Origin: Candidatus Thorarchaeota archaeon
GTDB lineage: Archaea > Asgardarchaeota > Thorarchaeia > Thorarchaeales > Thorarchaeaceae
Assembly: GCA_048882385.1 (NCBI GenBank)
Contig: JBHLRQ010000028.1
Location: forward strand, 1-32,437
Reading direction: 5' to 3'
Length of the DNA stretch: 32,437 nucleotides
The position numbers were made by a program, and so were the translations under genes. Each line of letters opens with the position of its first letter. The first letter of the stretch is position 1. Positions 1 to 9,215 of this stretch are shown here, piece after piece. The notes beneath the pieces are model-generated. The model made no database searches, had not been told where the DNA came from, and saw nothing but the letters and a program-made list of their open reading frames with translations.

Positions 1-214
<214 letters not shown>

Positions 215-222
<8 letters not shown>

Positions 223-300
223 TCCAAAGTGTGATTCGCACAGTACCTAGAGTTGTCTAGGAGATTGTTGGTGAACCTCCATCCTTTGTTGGTTTTTTTC
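215..300 (+). repeat. 23S trailer repeat, copy A
   Basis: 251-290 equals 910-949 at 39/40 nt. 215-256 aligns ungapped to 2024-2065 at 32/42, including an exact GTACCTAGAGTTGT. Confidence 0.9.
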
Positions 301-370
301 ATTAGTCTGATGTTAACAGAACATGCTGCTGTATGGAACTATTGGTTAAGCATATCTGAACACAACAGGA

Positions 371-889
371 TTGATTAGACAATTTGCACTATATTTCTTG
401 GTAGACCTTAGGATGAGAGTTTCGAGAGCCATATTCTTGGCTTTATTGACAGTTGCTTTAGCAATACTACTACCGATGGGTACGGTAGTAGAGGTAATGT
501 TCTACCATGAAGGTGTGAACTTCATGGGGACAACTGATTTGATCATATATCAATTGGATTTTCTAAGCTTCTCGTATCCTGGAATCGTTTTTGTTTTCAT
601 ACTGTGGATATTCATTGCAATAATCCAAGCACTGAACCTGTTGTTATTTTCCCGTGAAATGCTCTCTCAATTGATATCCTGGTTGGTTTTTCTGCCTTTA
701 CTAATTGCTCAAATATATCTCCCGTCATTGGTTCTCGATTTAGCTATTCCGAACCCTATTCTCGTGAGTCACGTTGCTGAACCAAATGTTCTCTGTTCTT
801 TACCTGCAGCTCTTGGTCTATCTCTAATCACACTTGGTAATTGGCAGAAAGGTAGTAGTAACCAGTGGACAAGAATAGGCTATGGTTGA
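371..889 (+). CDS. Hypothetical multi-pass membrane protein (start may be later, at M-R-V-S-R)
   Basis: 172-aa ORF with about 4 hydrophobic segments; no family recognised. Confidence 0.65.
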   Translation: MIRQFALYFLVDLRMRVSRAIFLALLTVALAILLPMGTVVEVMFYHEGVNFMGTTDLIIYQLDFLSFSYPGIVFVFILWIFIAIIQALNLLLFSREMLSQLISWLVFLPLLIAQIYLPSLVLDLAIPNPILVSHVAEPNVLCSLPAALGLSLITLGNWQKGSSNQWTRIGYG

Positions 890-909
890 CATAGCTTCCA
901 TTCATTCTA

Positions 910-960
910 AGTTGTCTAGGAGCTTGTTGGTGAACCTCCATCCTTTGTTAGGTATTTTTC
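910..960 (+). repeat. 23S trailer repeat, copy B
   Basis: AGTTGTCTAGGAGCTTGTTGGTGAACCTCCATCCTTTGTT followed by a T-rich tail, near-identical to 251-300. Confidence 0.92.
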
Positions 961-1003
961 TCAATGTTTATGTAATCTCAGGAGTTATCTATATTGTAAG
1001 ACC

Positions 1004-1312
1004 ATGACAGAGGCTGAGGAAGAAGTAGAGGTTTCACTAAGACGAAGGACTGGCAAGATAGTAATCGTTGTAGGTATCCTCCTCCTTGTTCTCGTGATTG
1101 TTTTGGGAATGCTGACCTCCATTGTTTCAGCATATTATGGTCCGACAGAATCAGCTCGCGCATATGTTCAATTCAATACAATTGCAACGCCGGTTGTCAT
1201 TTTTGGTGTCCTGTTAGTGGTCGCTGGGTTGATAGCTATTCTCTTGCCAGAGGGTCAGCCTCAAGATGGAGTCTGGATTATGCAGCTTGGGCCATTTGGC
1301 AAGACAACGTGA
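1004..1312 (+). CDS. Small 2-TM membrane protein, paralog of 9216-9521
   Basis: Two hydrophobic helices; C-terminal P-x-G-x3-DG-x-W-x4-GP-F/Y shared with 9216-9521. Confidence 0.8.
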   Translation: MTEAEEEVEVSLRRRTGKIVIVVGILLLVLVIVLGMLTSIVSAYYGPTESARAYVQFNTIATPVVIFGVLLVVAGLIAILLPEGQPQDGVWIMQLGPFGKTT

Positions 1313-1328
1313 CCTCCATCTTCTGTTG
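1309..1328 (+). repeat. 23S trailer repeat, short copy D
   Basis: GTGACCTCCATCTTCTGTTG vs GTGAACCTCCATCCTTTGTTG (271-291), 18/21 with one gap; overlaps the TGA stop of 1004-1312. Confidence 0.55.
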
Positions 1329-1384
1329 ATTGCTCATTTGGGTCCGAATTATTTTACAGAAGAATCAGTATGTTTGAAGTTGAA

Positions 1385-1939
1385 TCAAACAATTGTAACA
1401 TCCCAAACCATAGAATCAAGGAACTCTCCATCACTTACTGAAACATTCAATTCATAAGATCCCATTTGAAACTGCGCTGCAAAAAGAATATAGCTCGTTG
1501 CATTATAATCCACAAGTGTATTATTTAATTCCCATGAAATTGCTAATGTATCATTATCCAAATCTATTACAGTGATATTGAATACCTGAGTAGTTCCAAT
1601 TGCCAGTTGGACTGATTGAGTTGGATAATACTCGGTGATCTCTGGAGGATGATTCTGGATTCCTTGGTTATCATTGAGTGTAGGCAGAATAATAAAACCA
1701 ATGAAGAGAACAGAGATTGTGGTTAAGCCCAGAAAACCTAGTGCTCTCCCTCTGGATTTTGAGAAGTATCCTCTTCCCCTTCTCCAAAACCCCTGCGTTT
1801 TGTCTTTCTGTGAACCTGAGAATCCCCTTCCTTTGTCTGACAGATTTTTACCATAACCTTTTGATTTCACTCTAGATTTTGAGAAGAAGCCTTTGATTTT
1901 TCCTCCAATTTTCTTGAGAAAGCTCGAAATCCTACTCAT
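1385..1939 (-). CDS. Single-pass membrane protein: basic 11-mer repeat N-terminus, TM helix, Ig/cadherin-like C-terminal domain
   Basis: Probable start M-S-R-I at 1939 (ORF open from 1978). TM is FLGLTTISVLFIGFIILP. NHPPEIT, DLDNDTL, W and VSVSDG motifs are typical of cadherin/PKD-like beta-sandwiches. Confidence 0.75.
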   Translation of the reverse strand: MSRISSFLKKIGGKIKGFFSKSRVKSKGYGKNLSDKGRGFSGSQKDKTQGFWRRGRGYFSKSRGRALGFLGLTTISVLFIGFIILPTLNDNQGIQNHPPEITEYYPTQSVQLAIGTTQVFNITVIDLDNDTLAISWELNNTLVDYNATSYILFAAQFQMGSYELNVSVSDGEFLDSMVWDVTIV

Positions 1940-2023
1940 TGGTTTTCTAACCTCTCTATCATGATAAACTGAATGCATTCAGAAATGACAGACATTTCGC
2001 ATGAAACTTACAGATTAGCCAAT

Positions 2024-2123
2024 CATACATATTAAAAGTATGCTTGGCCCTGTACCTAGAGTTGTTCAAGGCCTGCCGTGTTGTAGAACCATGACCTCCA
2101 TACTTTGATGTCCTTTTATTTTC
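2024..2123 (+). repeat. 23S trailer repeat, diverged long copy C
   Basis: 2052-2065 is identical to 243-256. ACCTCCATACTTTGATG resembles ACCTCCATCCTTTGTTG, followed by a T-rich tail. Confidence 0.75.
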
Positions 2124-2137
2124 AAATACTACTTCCT

Positions 2138-2692
2138 TCATTCCATCCACATTGTTGCATACCACACTGCAAATGTAAAATGGACCACTGTAGGTGCTTC
2201 AACTAACTCAAATTTGAGTTGGTAATCCTTCTCCCAAATATCCCCAACATCCAAATCACTGTTCAATCGTTGCTCAGTCCATACAGGAGAGGGGCCGATT
2301 CTTATCGAGTAATTGGACTGGTCTGTGATGTTAAATAACTGATGAACAGTCACATTATTTGATATGAAATACAAACTGAATGGAGAACCGTAGGTGTGAA
2401 GATCTATTACTTCTATTGCAAAGATGCCTGGATTAGGAGACAATCCTGAGGTCCAGTAATCACTTGCATTGATTATGTATGGGCTACTTGTTTCATCCAG
2501 AATTAAGTTGAACTCATCCCTAACAAAATAAACATTAAACCCACTTTCGTGTGGACCCCATATTCCCGCCCAAATGGAAATTGGAGTGAATAGAAGAAGT
2601 CCGAATAATACTCCAATAACGAATGATACAAACAGCTTTCTAGTTCCTCTCTTTGAGTTGTCGTTACTTCTCTTGCTAGAGTTACTAATCAA
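2138..2692 (-). CDS. Hypothetical N-terminally membrane-anchored (probably exported) protein
   Basis: Basic N-terminus, one TM (LFVSFVIGVLFGLLLFTPISIWA), beta-rich remainder with N-x-S/T sequons. Confidence 0.7.
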   Translation of the reverse strand: MISNSSKRSNDNSKRGTRKLFVSFVIGVLFGLLLFTPISIWAGIWGPHESGFNVYFVRDEFNLILDETSSPYIINASDYWTSGLSPNPGIFAIEVIDLHTYGSPFSLYFISNNVTVHQLFNITDQSNYSIRIGPSPVWTEQRLNSDLDVGDIWEKDYQLKFELVEAPTVVHFTFAVWYATMWME

Positions 2693-2939
2693 TTATGTTC
2701 ACTCCTTTTTCCTTGTACTCGATGTCTGCTGATGCAATGGGAAATCCAATCCAGACTTTTCTTCTCATACTCTCTCCTCCAGCTCAAAATCTAATCCGGA
2801 CTTATTCATTAGTCTACTTGTGTTTTAGAAGCTCTATACTTTGCTACCGAATATCTCCATTATCAATCGATGAGTATGCATAGATTTTTCGACTTTTAGG
2901 CAAATGATGATTGAAGAAATATAAACAGAGAATTTCACA

Positions 2940-3788
2940 ATGTTTCGAAGAATCCTCTTGTTCCGAAACTTAGTAGATAACATACCCAAGAACATTGGAC
3001 TCTACGCTATTGGAATCATGCTTCTTCTCATTTTTGATATCACGATAGATCCATTACATATCCTGCTGGGACTCATTGCTTTCCTGACTTCTTATTCCTC
3101 GATTTACATACTAAACGATCTATATGACGTTGAAGAAGATAAAACAGATGAGAGGAAAACTCCCAGAAAACCAATAGCTCTTGAGATTGTCAGTAAAAAA
3201 GAGGCTCTCGCTATTGCTGCTTCATTCATAGCTTTGGGTCTTCTGTTATCCATCATACTCAGCCTGCTATTCTTCTATGTTATCATTTCATTAGTTTTCA
3301 TCAACTTAATTTACTCTGTCCCCTCAGCCTACATCAGACACTGGAGTCAAGAAGAAAATCTACAAGCAAAAAGTTTGAAGCAGACGATTCTTGGGATACC
3401 ATTAATCCTTCTTATGCAGTCACTGAAAATTCTCCTACCATGGACGCTTAGCAATCAAGTTATACAGTTCCCTATTCTTTTTGCCATCGGATTTTCCTTC
3501 CTCTATATTGTAATCTTCAAAGGTTACAAAGAATATCTGACAATTGGACAATCCGTAGTGCGGGCTCCCTTCTTCTTTGGTTTTGCAGTTGCTTTTTTTA
3601 TAGCATCAATGAGCTTGTATCCTGCTCCTTTGATACAAGCATCAATTGTAACCTACCTGCTCGTAGGAATTGTGGTCTTTCGAAATTCACACATTACTGA
3701 TAGGAGGGTATTGCTATTGAGTCCTGTCTATATTCTTCTAGGAATTATCATTCTGATTTTCGTGATAACAACTATATTGCCAAATTAA
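2940..3788 (+). CDS. UbiA-family prenyltransferase-like membrane protein
   Basis: YILNDLYDVEEDK...RKPIA matches the first Asp-rich UbiA motif (NDxxDxxxD...RP); also LIYS.P and about 9 TM helices. The second acidic motif is not evident. Confidence 0.8.
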   Translation: MFRRILLFRNLVDNIPKNIGLYAIGIMLLLIFDITIDPLHILLGLIAFLTSYSSIYILNDLYDVEEDKTDERKTPRKPIALEIVSKKEALAIAASFIALGLLLSIILSLLFFYVIISLVFINLIYSVPSAYIRHWSQEENLQAKSLKQTILGIPLILLMQSLKILLPWTLSNQVIQFPILFAIGFSFLYIVIFKGYKEYLTIGQSVVRAPFFFGFAVAFFIASMSLYPAPLIQASIVTYLLVGIVVFRNSHITDRRVLLLSPVYILLGIIILIFVITTILPN

Positions 3789-3898
3789 AGTCTGAAAACA
3801 ACTTCTACAATCGTGACATCCCCTCTCGAATTATCGGCAATCGATTGCTCTAAACTGGTTTATTAAAAGTAAGTCACTCGAGTTCTGCTACGATTTAG

Positions 3899-4819
3899 AT
3901 GTATTTTCATTACAGGTCAACTCGATATCGTAGAGTAATCTATTCAACTTCTTTACTACTAATACTCATTCTAACATCAATACCTGCTACGCAGTGTGTT
4001 TCTGAAGAATCATCATCAACGCTATCCGACTTGAGTGACACGAAAGTAGCCATATACGGTGGAGTTGGAGTCCTTTCTAGCTCGATGGATGCACTCGATA
4101 ATATGTTTCTCTGGATGAACGCATCTGTCGATTTAATATATGCATTTCAAATTCTCAATGGCACCTTAGATTCTTATGATATCATAGTGTTTCCCGGAGG
4201 TTCAGCTGTATCTTATTCCCAAGGTTTGGGAACTGAAGGACTTGATATCGTTCGAAATTTCGTGATGAATGGAGGTTCGTATTTTGGCATCTGTGGGGGT
4301 TCATTGTTTGCTACAAATGCTATCTTGGGGCTGTTCAATGGCTCGTACAGCAATCCAATCAATGGCACTGCCATCTATCTTACAGAAATGAATGTAAACC
4401 ACAACTCAACAGGTCCTGATCTTTCCACCGAACCGGATTCTTATCTTACCATGTACTGGGGTTCAGCATATTTCTACGGTGATGACATGTCCAATGTCAT
4501 TCCCATCTGCACCTACCCTTCAAACAATAGACCTGGTATGATTGCATTTTCCTATGGAGAAGGTACAGTGTTTCTCAGTAGTCCTCATCCTGAATACGAA
4601 GAGGGTGATAGCAGAGATGGGATTGGACTGTATGATTACTTGAATGATCCAGATTCGGAGTGGGGTTTGATGCTAAAAGTATCGCGGTGGCTTGTTGATG
4701 AGTCTATACCCCAAAATAACCAAGATGGATTTCAAATCATATTCTATTTCATTCTTGGAACTGTAGCCTTCCTAGGATTGATATCTGTTACATACTTTGT
4801 CAAATCAAGAAAGACCTAA
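3899..4819 (+). CDS. Exported, C-terminally anchored BPL_N / class I glutamine-amidotransferase-like protein
   Basis: VAIYGG.G, IVFPGG, YFGICGG (nucleophile Cys) and SSPHPE (His-Pro-Glu); signal-like N-terminus, C-terminal TM plus KSRK. Confidence 0.8.
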   Translation: MYFHYRSTRYRRVIYSTSLLLILILTSIPATQCVSEESSSTLSDLSDTKVAIYGGVGVLSSSMDALDNMFLWMNASVDLIYAFQILNGTLDSYDIIVFPGGSAVSYSQGLGTEGLDIVRNFVMNGGSYFGICGGSLFATNAILGLFNGSYSNPINGTAIYLTEMNVNHNSTGPDLSTEPDSYLTMYWGSAYFYGDDMSNVIPICTYPSNNRPGMIAFSYGEGTVFLSSPHPEYEEGDSRDGIGLYDYLNDPDSEWGLMLKVSRWLVDESIPQNNQDGFQIIFYFILGTVAFLGLISVTYFVKSRKT

Positions 4820-4945
4820 TTCAAGTTGATGAATGACTCATCATTTTGTAGAAATCCTTCCTTCGTTGTCAAATTCCATCGAACTTCATTGTTCCACAAG
4901 AAAAACGTCATTTAAATACAAGAAATGCTTCATGGTCAGTTCTAA

Positions 4946-5305
4946 GTGGTGATTCCTGTGGTTTACTGTCAACATTGTGGACAACAGAATGACGATAATG
5001 CTGAGTATTGTGCTCAATGCGGTGCTGCTTTGCAAGCAAGAGAACCCGTAAGAGAAGTACGGGAATTCAGAAGATCAGGAGAACCCAAGGATGATGAATG
5101 CTTTGGACTTCCAAATGGTGATGCCATCTGCGGCATCATTTTTGGAGGAATTGTCATCATTGCAGGATTGTCCTGGGTACTTGGTTGGGACTTTTCAACT
5201 CTGTGGGAAACAGCAATTGGTCCGTATCTAGTAATAACATTTGGTGCATTGATTATTCTGGGTGCTGTCTACAGCTCAACTCGAAAGAAACGTCGATATC
5301 AATAA
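4946..5305 (+). CDS. Zinc-ribbon 2-TM membrane protein
   Basis: YCQHCG...YCAQCG zinc ribbon, then ECFGLP and two TM helices. Start may be the GTG at 4958. Confidence 0.85.
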   Translation: MVIPVVYCQHCGQQNDDNAEYCAQCGAALQAREPVREVREFRRSGEPKDDECFGLPNGDAICGIIFGGIVIIAGLSWVLGWDFSTLWETAIGPYLVITFGALIILGAVYSSTRKKRRYQ

Positions 5306-5408
5306 TCTCAGAGGATTAATCGAATATTCGTATAGCGGTCAATGAGTTTCCTTGACGTGTGACCGCATCACTGTTAGAGGATTAAAGATTCATCGTAATT
5401 CATAATCC

Positions 5409-6152
5409 CTAACCTAAAGGATGACCACAGCTTTCATCATCACATTGCAAACATATCCTTTCATGTTCGCTCTTTGACATCATTATTCTGTTTAGAATCC
5501 AGAGTAAAATGACACAAAGTATGTAAAAATCAACAGTGAGATTTCCAGTGATTTGATTTGCTCCAACAAGAACAAGAAATGACCCAAACACAAAGATGAC
5601 ATTCAAGACGAAACGGAAGAATCCCGTCTTGATTGAAAGAATTCTGTAGAATTGATGTTGCACAAGGCCAATGAACACGCATGAAAAACCTATCCCGAAT
5701 TGAACCCAACCACTGCTGAATGATATATTGAAGAAGAAGTAAGCCAGACTTCCAATAGTTGCTAGAACTGCGCCCGTTGTCAGTCCTGTACAACCTGCGC
5801 AAAAGACATTGCTTCCAATTAGAATTACATGATCTGAAAATAAATCACATGAATAATGATGTCCCCGAAGAATTGGTTTATGTTGTACTAAATCAAACCC
5901 TTCGGAATTTCTAACCTCATCTTTTTTTAATATGCGAGGAAATTGTCGAGAAAAACTGGAAGGGCGAACTCCTGCAATTGATCCTAATACGCAAATAGTG
6001 ATGAAAATAAGCCCGACTATCTGCGGTTGTGAAACCAGACCAGGAGGGTTTGTCATCGTACGATATACAATCAATGGTATCAATGCCAGTGCTATAATCG
6101 AAAATATTTGGAGCCATATTGAAACCTGTTTTAATGAAACATCACTAGACAT
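5409..6152 (-). CDS. Multi-pass membrane protein with His/Cys motifs (DUF2085-like)
   Basis: About 6 TM; GHHYSC...H...FCAGCTG and C-terminal HERICLQC...C. Starts 2 nt after the radical SAM stop. Confidence 0.75.
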   Translation of the reverse strand: MSSDVSLKQVSIWLQIFSIIALALIPLIVYRTMTNPPGLVSQPQIVGLIFITICVLGSIAGVRPSSFSRQFPRILKKDEVRNSEGFDLVQHKPILRGHHYSCDLFSDHVILIGSNVFCAGCTGLTTGAVLATIGSLAYFFFNISFSSGWVQFGIGFSCVFIGLVQHQFYRILSIKTGFFRFVLNVIFVFGSFLVLVGANQITGNLTVDFYILCVILLWILNRIMMSKSEHERICLQCDDESCGHPLG

Positions 6153-6154
6153 CC

Positions 6155-7579
6155 TTAGAACAATCCTCTCAAGGCTGCCATCACTCCTTGGCGAGCCATG
6201 TATCTGTAGGTTCTTCTCTTGATTTTATTACTTGAGAATACACCTGTTATCCTTCTTTTCCAAGAACCATAGAACCCTCTGTAGCACAGGTAAAGTTCCT
6301 CTTGGATTTCTGATAGGGACAAGTGCTCAGTTGGCATTACCGCGTGTATCATGTCATATTGAGCCCAGTTAGCATTTTCAATCCAACCATTTGCTAACGC
6401 TTCTTCATAGAGTCTGGTTCCCGGGAATGGAGTCAATAGCATGTATATCGCGATGTCTGGATCAAGATCATCGATGTATGCACGTAGGCCGCGAACGGTT
6501 TCACGAGAATCACTACGAGCTCCAATAATCAATGTGGCCTGCGCGAATATGTCATTTAGTTTCAAAACTTTCATTGCTTCTTTAGACGTAGTTGGATCAA
6601 TCTTCTTGTTAAATGATGCCAACACCTCAGAACTATGACTTTCCACTCCAGCAAGAATCCAAGTTAGACCCGCTTTTCGCATTTTTGGCATAATCTCTTT
6701 ATGATTGACTATATCATCACACCGCGCTTGCATGAACCACATGATGTCTTCAGCAATTCCTCTGCTAATGATTTCATCACATAATTCGTTAGTTCTTTTT
6801 CCCAAGCCAAAATTGTCATCAGTTAGCCAGAAGAACCTCGTACCAAATTTGTCATAACAGTACTCGAACTCGTCCGCAATTCGCTTCGGTGTTTTTGATC
6901 TCCACTTTCCACCCCAGAATACACATTGGGAACAAAAATTACAATCATGAGGACATCCTCTAGAAGCTTCAACAAGTGCATATGGAGTATCACGACCTGC
7001 CATCATTGTGAAATGATAGTCATTCATATATTTGTCAACTAAATCATATGCTGGAAAAGGCAACTTATTCAAATCATCAAAGAGAGCACGGTCTGGTGTT
7101 GCAATAATTTTCCCATTTTGTCTGAACGTAATTCCATTGACCTCAGAGAGAGATCTTTTTCCTTGAAGTGCATGAACCACCTCAAGAAGAGTCTGCTCCC
7201 CTTCTCCTCTGACAACTATATCCAATTCAGGATATGTTTCCAAGCTCTCGTGCGCCAATGCAGTGTAGTGCTGACCTCCAACAATTGTTGTAATATTTGG
7301 ATCAATTGTCTTTGCCATTCCTATCGTTCGAAGACCTCGATATGCATTACATGTGGCCAAAGCACTAGGAGCAACGATGTCCGGTTGAAATTGACCAATT
7401 CTCTCTTTGATTCCATCCCAACTAATTCTCTCTGCCTGACAGTCTACAATTTCTATCTCAATAGTTTCGTCATGTTTTCGTAAATATGCTGCTAGGTTGA
7501 GTATACCCAATGGAGGAGGAAGATACTCCCCCATTACAAACCAGAACTCCTTTGGAGGTTCCACAAACATGATTTTCAT
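6155..7579 (-). CDS. Cobalamin-binding radical SAM protein (class B / BchE-like architecture)
   Basis: PPLGILNLAAYL and IVGGQH (B12 domain); ASRGCPHDCNFC (CxxxCxxC), DDNF, GVES, LTPFPGT. Probable start M-K-I-M at 7579. Confidence 0.93.
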   Translation of the reverse strand: MKIMFVEPPKEFWFVMGEYLPPPLGILNLAAYLRKHDETIEIEIVDCQAERISWDGIKERIGQFQPDIVAPSALATCNAYRGLRTIGMAKTIDPNITTIVGGQHYTALAHESLETYPELDIVVRGEGEQTLLEVVHALQGKRSLSEVNGITFRQNGKIIATPDRALFDDLNKLPFPAYDLVDKYMNDYHFTMMAGRDTPYALVEASRGCPHDCNFCSQCVFWGGKWRSKTPKRIADEFEYCYDKFGTRFFWLTDDNFGLGKRTNELCDEIISRGIAEDIMWFMQARCDDIVNHKEIMPKMRKAGLTWILAGVESHSSEVLASFNKKIDPTTSKEAMKVLKLNDIFAQATLIIGARSDSRETVRGLRAYIDDLDPDIAIYMLLTPFPGTRLYEEALANGWIENANWAQYDMIHAVMPTEHLSLSEIQEELYLCYRGFYGSWKRRITGVFSSNKIKRRTYRYMARQGVMAALRGLF

Positions 7580-7922
7580 GGTATGACATCTCGTGTTGGG
7601 GTTCATCATAATTGGCAAGCCAGCTAAAATACCTTCTCAGTCAAGTTCAATTTGTTTCTCTATTTTATAGTAGCAGACTGTCATCTTAGAATGGTACCTT
7701 CTATCTAGTTCTGAGTTGACAAGGTATTGAGCTCTGATTCGTTATCTCCAATTAGTATGTTCTCGAGGGAATCTTCTATGCATATTTCGATTTGTCATGT
7801 GTTCGCATTGGTTTTAGTTGGTATAGACATTCTAAGAACTCTCAGGGCATTCTTTTTGCTCACTACTCAATACATCACCGAATAGAAGAAATCGAAGTAA
7901 GAATGATTATTATTGATGCATT

Positions 7923-8459
7923 ATGTCCTCTGGTACGAGAGCAGAGTATTTCTTCTATTTCAGAACCAGAGTCAAAATTCTATTCCTGTTTACTACAATA
8001 TTGACCGTTTCACTTTGCATTTTCGAAGTTATGGAATTAGATTCTCGTCTAACATTCCCGGATTCCAATGATATAGTAGAGTCCAGAACATTCCATGTTG
8101 AAAATGGTGATTACTGCAGACTGAGCATAGGTTCAGTGGACAATAACTGGCTCCTCCTTAAGATCACAACAAATGCAACATCCTATGTCTATGTCAGAGG
8201 GACCACAGATGGTGACCTGAAACAGTACAATACGAACCATCTCGTAGTAGAATGCGAGAACTGGTTCATAGTAACTGTACGTCCATATCAGGACTCTCAG
8301 GTCAATATTGAATGGGCATACTATGAACAAGAGGATGTTGAATCGGTACACGATTCTAACTCCATGATTCCTCAACCAATTCTACTACTTCTTACAATTC
8401 TTGTGAATTTCACCTCAATAGTAGCATTATGGCGTAGTCGACTGACAATCGTTGGGTGA
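7923..8459 (+). CDS. Hypothetical protein with N- and C-terminal TM helices and a beta-rich exported domain
   Basis: Hydrophobic termini; no family recognised. Confidence 0.65.
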   Translation: MSSGTRAEYFFYFRTRVKILFLFTTILTVSLCIFEVMELDSRLTFPDSNDIVESRTFHVENGDYCRLSIGSVDNNWLLLKITTNATSYVYVRGTTDGDLKQYNTNHLVVECENWFIVTVRPYQDSQVNIEWAYYEQEDVESVHDSNSMIPQPILLLLTILVNFTSIVALWRSRLTIVG

Positions 8460-8606
8460 TTTATGCAAAGTGGATAAATTGGAAAACAAGACTTTTGCCT
8501 AACATCGGTCTTGTCATCCAATATTTGCTATGACTCAAATCCTTTGCTTAAATGAGCAGTTTAATTTCATTCAATCTTAGATACGTAAAACAGGAGTGGA
8601 AATCTC

Positions 8607-9170
8607 ATGACAAAGATTGAAATTGACTCTGGAGGCTCTCCCTTTCCGAAACCTATTGTACTCATCGGATCCGTCGTCGAAGGCAGACCAAATTTCATCA
8701 CTGTTGCTTGGTTCAATCGAATGAGTAGGAGCCCAAACATCTGGGGGGCATGCATAGGAAAGACAAAGTACACACTATGTGGAATAAGGGAGAATAAAAC
8801 ATTCAGTGTCAATTTTCCAGATGCTGATTTAGTAATGAAAACCGACTATTGTGGTATCCGGTCCGGAAAGAGTGTTGACAAATCAAAGCTTTTTGACGTG
8901 TATTATGGAAAGCTCAATGACGCTCCAATGATAAGAGAGTGCCCAGTCACAGCAGAATGCGAATTATATGACCTCGTAGATGTTTCAACCCATAATCTTG
9001 TTCTTGGAGAAGTGAAACATATCTATTCGGAAGAACGATATATGACTGAAGGAGTTCTAGATCAGAAGAAGCTAAATTTCCTTCTGTTTACAAAACCAGC
9101 TACTCAGTATTGGACACTTGGTAATGTTGTTGCAGATGCCTACTCCATCGGCGAGCAACTTGATGAATAG
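8607..9170 (+). CDS. Flavin reductase family protein (flavoredoxin-like)
   Basis: FPKPIVLIGS, PNFITVAW, FSVNFP, DYCGIRSG..VDK, APMIRECP, HNLVLGEV; AGGAG upstream. Confidence 0.92.
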   Translation: MTKIEIDSGGSPFPKPIVLIGSVVEGRPNFITVAWFNRMSRSPNIWGACIGKTKYTLCGIRENKTFSVNFPDADLVMKTDYCGIRSGKSVDKSKLFDVYYGKLNDAPMIRECPVTAECELYDLVDVSTHNLVLGEVKHIYSEERYMTEGVLDQKKLNFLLFTKPATQYWTLGNVVADAYSIGEQLDE

Positions 9171-9215
9171 AATTTTACAAATCCTTAATTTAATTCTTGA
9201 GTAAATTGACTTGCA

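Noticed and set aside
271-283. GAACCTCC as a 16S rRNA 3' end (anti-SD)
   Set aside because: There is no preceding h45 sequence or GGATCA context.
251-2123. CRISPR array interpretation of the repeats
   Set aside because: The spacers are gene-sized and irregular, the copies are unequal, and no cas genes are present.
2805-2815. TTCATTAGTCT matching 298-308 as a fifth repeat copy
   Set aside because: Only 11 AT-rich bases match and the CCTCCAT core is absent, so chance is likely.
5335-5366. SECIS element
   Set aside because: The segment between AUGA and UGA is too short for SECIS helix II, and neither flanking gene shows an in-frame UGA extension.
7622-7733. Imperfect inverted repeat AATACCTT...AAGGTATT as a MITE
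   Set aside because: Only 8 bp are perfect, with no target duplication or second copy.
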